NCBI GenBank assembly: GCA_949287225.1
Contig: CASEFP010000110.1
Location: 17,237 to 81,236 of the forward strand
Source of the DNA: an uncultured Lentisphaeria bacterium
GTDB lineage: Bacteria; Verrucomicrobiota; Lentisphaeria; Victivallales; UBA1829
Reading direction: 5' to 3'
Length of the DNA: 64,000 nt
The notes beneath the pieces are model-generated. The model was given only the letters and a program-made list of their open reading frames with translations, was not told the origin of the DNA and searched no databases. Numbering within the stretch: position 1 is the first letter of the stretch; each line of letters begins with the position of its first letter. Both the position numbers and the translations under genes were made by a program. Below, one piece after another: positions 27,695 to 34,554 of this stretch.

Positions 27695-27806
27695 ATTTCG
27701 CCTCCGGCGACCAGCTTGCGCAGCTGGACCGCGGCAGGACTGAGAGTCCTGCACGAAGCATTTTTGGCGATGCAGAGCATCGCAATATGAAACTCACTTT
27801 TTTCAA
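27695..27806 (+). repeat. conserved intergenic element, copy 3 (+), directly abutting copy 2 and the TatD-like stop codon
   Basis: ATTTCGCCTCCGGCGACCAGCTTGCGCAGCTGGACCGCGGCAGGACTGAGAGTCCTGCACGAAGC. Core hairpin at 27711-27727, 120 nt after that of copy 2. Followed by hairpin GCGATGC-AGA-GCATCGC and TATGAAACT..TTTTTT. Confidence 0.9.
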
Positions 27807-28640
27807 TCAGCGCTGAAATTCCTCAATCCGCATGGGCTGAATGTCGAATTCAGGTTTCCAGTTGGACGAGGCGGAATAAAAACGGTTCGGGTTGTCGAAC
27901 AGAATTCTGTTGACCGATTCCGGAGAGTGCCCGGACTGCTCCATGAACCGGGCGGTTTTCACCAGACTCAGCGGATCGGAGACCCCCCAGTCCGCGGAAC
28001 CGTCCACAATCATGCGCTCGGAACCGTATTCATGAATCAGCGCGGAAACACGCGCCGGATTCAGTTTGGAGACCGGATAGACCGTCATCCCCGTCCAGCA
28101 TCCCGTCTCGCGTGCCTGTTTCATGCACACCTCGGTATTGTGGTCGATCAGCACTTTCGTCACGTCGATCCCCTCGTTCCGGATGATGTCGGCAGTCCAC
28201 TCGATCCCCTTTTCCTTGTTCTGATGCGGCAGATGGATGATGACCGGCATGTTTTTCCTGTGCGCAATCGCAAGCTGACGCTCGAATGCCGCGCGTTCGT
28301 TTTTCGTGATATTGTTCAGTCCGATCTCGCCGAGCGCGACACAGCGCGGATGATCCAGATACGCCTCGATGCCGTCGATCACCTCGTTTGCCAGAACCGT
28401 GTCCTCAGCCTCCTTCGGATTCAGCGCAATCGCCGCGTAATGGTCGATCCCGAACCGGCGCGCGCGGACGGTTTCAAATTCCAGAATCAGCTGAAAATAG
28501 TCAAAAAAGGTTCCGGCGTAACGGCGGTTGCATCCCATCCAGAACGAGGGCTCGACACAGGCGCGGATCCCTTCGCGGAACATCGCCTGATAATCGTCGG
28601 TCGTGCGGGAATACATGTGAATGTGCGGTTCGATGATCAT
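27807..28640 (-). CDS. TatD-related metal-dependent hydrolase (TIM-barrel amidohydrolase superfamily)
   Basis: 277 aa. N-terminal MIIEPHIHMYSR (HxH), GEIGLN, IIHLPH, LIDHN, VDGSADWG. Metal-ligand pattern of the TatD/COG1099-type hydrolases. Confidence 0.8.
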   Translation of the reverse strand: MIIEPHIHMYSRTTDDYQAMFREGIRACVEPSFWMGCNRRYAGTFFDYFQLILEFETVRARRFGIDHYAAIALNPKEAEDTVLANEVIDGIEAYLDHPRCVALGEIGLNNITKNERAAFERQLAIAHRKNMPVIIHLPHQNKEKGIEWTADIIRNEGIDVTKVLIDHNTEVCMKQARETGCWTGMTVYPVSKLNPARVSALIHEYGSERMIVDGSADWGVSDPLSLVKTARFMEQSGHSPESVNRILFDNPNRFYSASSNWKPEFDIQPMRIEEFQR

Positions 28641-28643
28641 CGT

Positions 28644-29027
28644 TCACTCTTTCTTTTTCGGGGTGAAGGAGGGACAGTCGTCCATCGGATTGACCTCTTT
28701 GCCAAACTTCATGCAGCGCGTCAGGAACGGATGGGCGATCAGATGCGCGCAGTCGCGGCAGAACTTCTTTTCATCGGCGGCGGCATGCAGCTCCACCTTC
28801 TCCTCGAACTCCGCTCCGAGCAGACTTTTGAACCGCCGCGCGGCATCGTTCTCAAAGGGGGAACCTTTTACCGTTTTCTTCTCCTCTTTCACCTCCTCGA
28901 TCACGGCGCCGCAGGAGACGCATTTCAATACCTCGCCTTTCCGAACCCAGCCGTCCATAACGGTTTCCTTTTTCAGAAACGTGTTTCTGCCGCAGTGCGG
29001 ACAGTCGAAAGAATCACCTGCCTTCAT
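28644..29027 (-). CDS. zinc-ribbon hypothetical protein
   Basis: Start at the internal ATG 29027 (RBS GGGAGG). 127 aa with CPHCG...CVSCG and CRDCAH...C...C. The stop is 3 nt from the TatD-like start, so the two are probably co-translated in an operon. Confidence 0.65.
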   Translation of the reverse strand: MKAGDSFDCPHCGRNTFLKKETVMDGWVRKGEVLKCVSCGAVIEEVKEEKKTVKGSPFENDAARRFKSLLGAEFEEKVELHAAADEKKFCRDCAHLIAHPFLTRCMKFGKEVNPMDDCPSFTPKKKE

Positions 29028-29141
29028 GAAAAATCCTCCCGGATAAAAAAATGCTTCGCGCTTTCCTCTCCATCCTGCCGCACGCCGGAAGCGCAAGGGT
29101 GCCGCGGCAGGCGAAATCTCCTGAGGTCCGTCTGCCGCACT

Positions 29142-31226
29142 TCATTGCGTTTTCTCCTTTTTTTCCGGGAGTTCTCCCGGCGTGCCGAGAAGCTCGCAGA
29201 GTTTCTTCTGATATTCCAGCAGATACAGATTTCCCATATGTCCGCCGCAGTCGAACCATGTCAGCTTCTTTCCCAGCGTATCGTCGAGAAACGCGCGGTC
29301 GGCATCCGACAGGATCGGATCGTCCAGATTGTGCAGCACGGAAATATACGGATTCGTGCGCAGATTCTCCTCGATTGCGCGCAGGCCGGACTCCCGGTTC
29401 AGACGCTCCAGCGTCGCGGACGGATCCTTTTTCCGGTATTCCGGCAGGACAAAATGATTCACATATCCCATTCCGTTGTACTGGTCGATTTCGCGGTAAA
29501 GCCCGGTCCGGTTCCACCACGAGAATGCGCCGTTGACCTGCGGCAGCGCCTTTTCCCGGTGTGCGGAGATCAGCAGTTCGCGCAGGCTCATGCGGAAGGA
29601 GATTCCCGTCATGACCGCCGCCTGTTCGGGCGAGAGTGCAAGCTGATACTTCGCGGACGCCGCCGGATCGGGCGCCATCGGCGGATATTTGACTTTCATG
29701 AGTGCGAAATATTTGAGCAGCGCGTCTCCTGCCAGGTCGAAAAACTCCTTCTTCGTCCATTTTGCGGAAAGATCGGTAAACGCATCGAACCGGTTCATTG
29801 CATAGAGGAGATCCGCCGGCGGATTGATTGCGACGAAGCGTTCGATTCCGAGCGTATTTTCCTGAGATTCCAGCGCCGCAAGACGCAACGTATGCAGTCC
29901 GCCAAGCGAGTATCCTGCGACAATCAGGCGCTGCGGCGCAAGTTCCGTATTGGCATGGATGTCCTTGACAAGGAGCTTGAGCGCTTTGCGGAGCGCCGCG
30001 ACGTCGTCGGGCACATAGCCGGGAAAACGCAGTCCCGCCCCTTCGCTGAAGGTCCGGTTCATCGTGCTGCCGATCACCGCCACGGAATAGCCGCGGAGAT
30101 TCAATGTTTCGGCCATAGCCCGGAGCGTCGCGCCTTTGTAATGGGTTCCGATGCCTGGGATCAGGATGACGAGCGCATTCGTCGGCGCCGTTCCCTTCCA
30201 GTACTGATAGCGGATCTTCGGAAGATCCTCGGAAAAACGGATGCTGCGGGTGCTGCCGAGCGTCACGAAATCATGATTCCAGAGGGAAAGTTTGATCCAG
30301 AAGCTGGTATCGTTCTCCTGCATCTGGAACATGCCGACGCGGAGGGTGTCAAGAAGCGGATTCCGCGGCGCGTAGTAATGAGCCGTTTTGATCAGATTGC
30401 CCTTCACCGGGAAGTTCTCCTTCGGAACGGCCTGTCCGTAGCTGTAATCCTTGAACACCATCGGGCGCTCGCGCAGATCGCTGACGACGACATGGCGCAT
30501 GGCAACAAGCCCCATCTTGCTCAAATCATAGGGATCCACACTGGTTTCGGTCATGGTGTTGTACGAGTCATACGAGTTGATCGCGTGGTTGACGCCCGCG
30601 ATCGTCTGGGCGTAGGGGAGGATGAACTTGATGTCCAGCACGGAGTCGAAGAGCGCACCGACCTGATCGCGGGGATTCGTCGCCGAGGAGAGCGGCAGGA
30701 TCAGCACGCATCCGGGTCCGATCCCCCAGCTCGCGAAGGCGTGCCCCATGTTTTCGGGGCGCCGTTCCAGTCCGAACCACGCGTCGGCGGGATCGAAGAT
30801 TCCAACGATTCCGATTGTCGAGTTGGTCAGGAAGCGGAGGAATTCGGTTCCGCCGCCGGCGAATTTCGCCTGAAGGAAACAGCTGATCATGCGTCCGGGA
30901 AAGGCGAGGTTGTCCGAGACCATGTCGATGCGCTTGATTCCCTCGCGGGGAATGATGGAGCCGTAGACATAGCCGACGGGACGCAGAAGCCAGTGCATGA
31001 GGAAGTCGTTGGTTGCGAACATCGCGCGGTTGAACGGTTCGATGGGATCGTTTCCGGCGAGTTCGTCGGTCACTTCGGCGGGCGTCCAGACGTGACCTGT
31101 GGTCTTGTCCTCCGGATCAATGACCGGTTTTGTCGCGCATCCCGCGAGAAACACGGCGGAAATAAGCAGCGTTCCGCAGATGAGCGGATTTTTCCCGGTG
31201 CTGAAAAAAGAAACAAAACGTCTCAT
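29142..31226 (-). CDS. lipoprotein fusion: MlaA/VacJ-like domain + alpha/beta-hydrolase domain
   Basis: 694 aa. Lipobox LISAVFLAGC. The N-terminal ~230 aa match MlaA/VacJ hallmarks (DPIEPFNRAMFATND, NSTIGIVGIFDPA, FASWGIGPGCVLILP). The C-terminal half has the nucleophile elbow GYSLGG preceded by ILIPGIGTH and an alpha/beta-fold-like pattern. RBS AGGAG. Confidence 0.85.
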   Translation of the reverse strand: MRRFVSFFSTGKNPLICGTLLISAVFLAGCATKPVIDPEDKTTGHVWTPAEVTDELAGNDPIEPFNRAMFATNDFLMHWLLRPVGYVYGSIIPREGIKRIDMVSDNLAFPGRMISCFLQAKFAGGGTEFLRFLTNSTIGIVGIFDPADAWFGLERRPENMGHAFASWGIGPGCVLILPLSSATNPRDQVGALFDSVLDIKFILPYAQTIAGVNHAINSYDSYNTMTETSVDPYDLSKMGLVAMRHVVVSDLRERPMVFKDYSYGQAVPKENFPVKGNLIKTAHYYAPRNPLLDTLRVGMFQMQENDTSFWIKLSLWNHDFVTLGSTRSIRFSEDLPKIRYQYWKGTAPTNALVILIPGIGTHYKGATLRAMAETLNLRGYSVAVIGSTMNRTFSEGAGLRFPGYVPDDVAALRKALKLLVKDIHANTELAPQRLIVAGYSLGGLHTLRLAALESQENTLGIERFVAINPPADLLYAMNRFDAFTDLSAKWTKKEFFDLAGDALLKYFALMKVKYPPMAPDPAASAKYQLALSPEQAAVMTGISFRMSLRELLISAHREKALPQVNGAFSWWNRTGLYREIDQYNGMGYVNHFVLPEYRKKDPSATLERLNRESGLRAIEENLRTNPYISVLHNLDDPILSDADRAFLDDTLGKKLTWFDCGGHMGNLYLLEYQKKLCELLGTPGELPEKKEKTQ

Positions 31227-31496
31227 AAATTCTCCTGAAAATGAAGTTGTTCCGGAAAGATACAGCTTTTTCAGGCAAAATCAAGAAGGCCGCTCTGGAA
31301 AATAAGGGCCTACTGAAAATTTTTTCTTCTGTCAGGAAAAAGGGGATTACACACCTCTCCTCTTTTACGGATTATAGTGTTATTTTCCTTTTTTTGATCG
31401 AAAAAGCATGTTTCAGCGCTTTCATCCCGGGAAAATTGTGTTAAGTTATAGTTGCGACACTTCAACATTCACTTTTTAACACAAGGAATCTGGAAA

Positions 31497-32516
31497 ATGG
31501 CAAACGTGCTGGAACAAATCCGTGAAAAAGCGAAAACCCTCGGCAGAAAGATCTGTCTTACGGAAAGCGACGACCCGAGAAACCTCAAGGCCGCCGAGAA
31601 ACTCGCGCAGACCGGGTATGCCAGACCGGTCCTCGTCGGTGATTCTGACGCCATCGTCAAGCTCGCCGCGGAAAACGGCGTCAGTCTGAGCGGCGTGGAG
31701 ATCGTCGATGTCGAAAAGACCCCCGAACTCCAGAAATACATCGATCTGGTCTGCGAACTGCGCAAGAAAAAAGGAATGACGCCGGAACAGGCGCGTGCCG
31801 CCCTCAAGGATACCTGCTTCTTCTCCGCGGCAATGGTCATGGCGGGCGATGCGCACGGCTATGTCTCCGGCGGCGGAAATCCGAAGGGCTACAACCACAA
31901 CACCGCCTCCAAGACCCGTCCCGCGCTTCAGCTTTTCAAGACCGCCTCCGGCATCAAAACAGCCTCCTCCTGCTTCATCATGCAGATGCCCGACACCAAG
32001 TGGGGCTACAACGGTGTTTTCGTCTATGCGGACTGCGGCATGAACATCAATCCGAACGCCGATCAGCTCGCCGAGATCGCCGTCACAACCGCGAAAACCT
32101 TCCGTGAACTTGTCGGCGGCGAACCCAAAGTCGGCATGATCAGCTGCTCCACGAAGGGCTCCGCTCACGATCCGATCATCGACAAGGTCGTCGAGGCGAC
32201 CGCGAAGGCAAAGGAACTTGCGCCTGATCTCGCGATTGAGGGCGAGCTCCAGTTCGACGCGGCAATTCTTCCCGAAATCGCCGCGAAAAAGGCGCCGGAT
32301 TCCAAGATCGCCGGACACTGCAACGTGCTCGTCTTCCCTGATCTGAACTGCGGAAACAGCATCTACAAGGCAACCGAACGTCTCGCCGGCGCAACCGCGA
32401 TCGGCCCGCTGGCGCAGGGACTCCGCCGTCCGTTCATGGACGTCTCGCGCGGATGCTCCGCGGACGACATCGTCGACTGCGCCTGCGTCGCCGCCATCAC
32501 CGAATGGGCGGACTGA
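31497..32516 (+). CDS. pta: phosphate acetyltransferase (PTA_PTB domain only)
   Basis: Start at ATG 31497 (RBS AAGGA). MANVLEQIREKAKTLGRKICLTESDDPR, YADCGMNINP, STKGSA, NVLVFPDLNCGN: typical Pta catalytic-domain strings. Confidence 0.9.
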   Translation: MANVLEQIREKAKTLGRKICLTESDDPRNLKAAEKLAQTGYARPVLVGDSDAIVKLAAENGVSLSGVEIVDVEKTPELQKYIDLVCELRKKKGMTPEQARAALKDTCFFSAAMVMAGDAHGYVSGGGNPKGYNHNTASKTRPALQLFKTASGIKTASSCFIMQMPDTKWGYNGVFVYADCGMNINPNADQLAEIAVTTAKTFRELVGGEPKVGMISCSTKGSAHDPIIDKVVEATAKAKELAPDLAIEGELQFDAAILPEIAAKKAPDSKIAGHCNVLVFPDLNCGNSIYKATERLAGATAIGPLAQGLRRPFMDVSRGCSADDIVDCACVAAITEWAD

Positions 32517-32540
32517 GCTCTCCGGAAGGAAAACGAACGA

Positions 32541-32695
32541 CCCCGGTGCAGAGCACACACCCGTATCGGGGATTTCGCCTCCGGCGACCAGCTTGCGCAG
32601 CTGGACCGCACCGGGACTGAGAGGAGAGCACGAAACGGTTCTCGCGATGCTCTGCATCGTTGTATGAAACTGATTTTTTGAATCAAACACCTCAC
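32541..32695 (+). repeat. conserved intergenic element, copy 4 (+)
   Basis: CCCCGGTGCAGAGCACACACCCGTATCGGGGATTTCGCCTCCGGCGACCAGCTTGCGCAGCTGGACCGCACCGGGACTGAGAGGAGAGCACGAAAC. Core hairpin at 32588-32604. Followed by hairpin CGATGC-TCT-GCATCG and TATGAAACTGATTTTTTGAATCA. Confidence 0.9.
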
Positions 32696-32783
32696 CCGGT
32701 GCCGCATTACGGCTTCTGCATACGACGGCCGGTTTGCAGCTGTATGCTTCCGCATGTTATTTTTATTTCCAGGAAAGGGAATC

Positions 32784-33356
32784 ATGGAGATAATTCTTGC
32801 CTCGGCATCCCCGCGCCGGCGGGAATTGCTGGAAAAATATCACATTCCGTTCCAGATATTTGTTCCGGATGTGAATGAACTGGACAGCGGCATTGATTTC
32901 CGCTCCGTCGCCCTTTCCAACGCGGAGCGGAAGGCGGACGCTGCATCGGAACGCTTTCCAGAAGCTCTCGTCATCGGCGCGGATACCGTGATCGAACTGG
33001 ATCATGCCATCCTCGGAAAACCCGCCGATCGTAAAAACGCTGAAGAAATGCTCCTTCGCATGTCCGGACGTGCCCACAACGTCGTGACCGGCGTCGCCAT
33101 GATCTGCCGCATAGAAAAAATCCGGATCTGTTTTGCGGACGTGAGCAGAGTGTTTTTCAGGAAAATTGATCCGAGTATCATTCATCGCTATATGGAGCTT
33201 GTCAACGTGATGGACAAGGCGGGCGCCTATGCCGCGCAGGAACACGGCTCTCTGATCATCGACAGGATCGAAGGCTCGGTAGACAATGTGATCGGACTGC
33301 CCGTCGAACGGATCGTTGAAACACTCCACCTCAACAATCTGCTTCCGGACGCGTGA
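32784..33356 (+). CDS. maf: Maf-like nucleoside-triphosphate pyrophosphatase (septum formation protein Maf)
   Basis: Start at ATG 32784. MEIILASASPRRRELL, IGADTVI, GKP, DKAGAYA(I)QE-like DKAGAYAAQE, NVIGLP. Confidence 0.9.
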   Translation: MEIILASASPRRRELLEKYHIPFQIFVPDVNELDSGIDFRSVALSNAERKADAASERFPEALVIGADTVIELDHAILGKPADRKNAEEMLLRMSGRAHNVVTGVAMICRIEKIRICFADVSRVFFRKIDPSIIHRYMELVNVMDKAGAYAAQEHGSLIIDRIEGSVDNVIGLPVERIVETLHLNNLLPDA

Positions 33357-33359
33357 AAC

Positions 33360-34439
33360 TCAGACCGTCCGCGCAAGAAGATAATCCAGCAGCGCGGAAA
33401 GGAGTCCGGTATATCTGTTCTGCGGCAGAAGCGAAAGCGCATCCGCCGCCCGCTCCGTAAAGGATTCTGTCCGGCGCAGAAGCGTATCCTCCGCGCCGCA
33501 GTCGCGCATCATCGCGCGGAGTTCGTCGATGATTTCCTGCGGATATTCCGGGAGTCCGGTCAGTTCCAGCAGACGCTTCTTCCCCGCATCCGAAAGGCGG
33601 TGCATGGCTTCCAGATAGAGCGGCGTCGGCTTGCCCTCCTGAAAATCGGAACCGAGCGGCTTGCCGAATTTTCTGACGTCGCCGAAGAGTCCGAGATAAT
33701 CGTCACGCAGCTGGAACGCGATTCCGAGATTTTCCGCATATGCGCCGAGCGCCGCCAGAGGTTCACAGGAGAAATCCGCCGAGTTCAGCGCGATCGCGCC
33801 GCCGCACTGCGCGGCGAACTGGAGCAGGCAGGAGGTTTTCCCCGCAATCATTTTCATGACCTCCTCAGGACGGATGGTTTCCAGCTTCCGCATCGGAAAT
33901 TCGACATCCATCGCCTCGCCGGAAATCAGGCGGCGGTTGACCGTGAGCGCAAGCGCGGAGACCAGTTTCAGCACAAGTTCCGGCGGAACCCCCTTCTCCG
34001 CGGAGCGCAGAAGCATGGCGAATGACCATGCCTGCTGCATGTCGCCTGCGAGAATGGCGAAATCCCGCCCGAACTTCGCACAGGTTCCGCGGTCTTTCCG
34101 ATAGGCCTTCTTCGCATGGACGGCCAGTTCAACGTGGGAGGTGTTCAGCCCGCGCCGCAGATCGTCCTCGTCGATGATGTCGTCATGGACGAGCGTCCAG
34201 GAGTGGTAGATCTCGACCGCGGCGGCGGCATAGAGTGCGCTGTCCGGGAATCCCCCGAGCGCGCCGCAGGACCAGAGCAGAAGCGCGGGGCGGATGCGTT
34301 TCCCCCCGTGAATCGGATACGCCCGGACGGCGGAAGCAAGACACTCCGGCGAAATGCCGGACGGAAATGTATCTTCCGCGATGGTTTGCGTAATGAGTTT
34401 CGATACCGTCTCAAGCTCTTTTTTCAGGCCGGTGTCCAT
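33360..34439 (-). CDS. polyprenyl diphosphate synthase (trans-isoprenyl diphosphate synthase family)
   Basis: 359 aa. First Asp-rich motif LVHDDIIDEDDLRRG and second FQLRDDYLG, with GKPLGSD. Chain length is not inferable. Confidence 0.88.
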   Translation of the reverse strand: MDTGLKKELETVSKLITQTIAEDTFPSGISPECLASAVRAYPIHGGKRIRPALLLWSCGALGGFPDSALYAAAAVEIYHSWTLVHDDIIDEDDLRRGLNTSHVELAVHAKKAYRKDRGTCAKFGRDFAILAGDMQQAWSFAMLLRSAEKGVPPELVLKLVSALALTVNRRLISGEAMDVEFPMRKLETIRPEEVMKMIAGKTSCLLQFAAQCGGAIALNSADFSCEPLAALGAYAENLGIAFQLRDDYLGLFGDVRKFGKPLGSDFQEGKPTPLYLEAMHRLSDAGKKRLLELTGLPEYPQEIIDELRAMMRDCGAEDTLLRRTESFTERAADALSLLPQNRYTGLLSALLDYLLARTV

Positions 34440-34554
34440 GTTCGCCCCCTTTCCGGATTCACGGGTTGAAAAATCAGCCCGATAGTCTATACGCGCAACG
34501 GCCGTTTTTCAAGCGCCGGAATGCAATCAGACCGGAAATTTTTTCGAAGGGGGA

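Noticed and set aside
27591-27727. Possible CRISPR array (repeat with a GAAAT/GAAAC-like end seen several times)
   Set aside because: Only two adjacent copies occur here. The repeat is ~65 nt, not 24-48 nt. The other copies are scattered singly and in both orientations. The 'spacers' are themselves conserved hairpin/T-tract modules. No cas genes are in the window.
27524-27790. 88-aa ORF, and the recurring peptide ...SLRSWTA(A/P)GL... seen in several track ORFs (also 55519..55734, 55338..55547 and the N-terminal extension of 53695..55473)
   Set aside because: The recurrence is caused by translating the DNA repeat. The copies occur in different frames and strands relative to start and stop codons, have no RBS, and the ORFs are bounded by the element itself. 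The conservation is at the nucleotide/structure level, not the protein level.
27927-31238. 1103-aa ORF on the plus strand
   Set aside because: It is antisense to the TatD-like, zinc-ribbon and MlaA-hydrolase genes, all of which have motifs, lipobox or RBS support. The plus-strand product is R/G/D-rich and low in information.
31241-31444. 67-aa ORF in the gap between the MlaA-fusion gene and pta
   Set aside because: It lies in an AT-rich divergent promoter region, has no RBS, and its composition is dictated by AT-rich DNA (K/F/I/L-rich). It is more likely non-coding.
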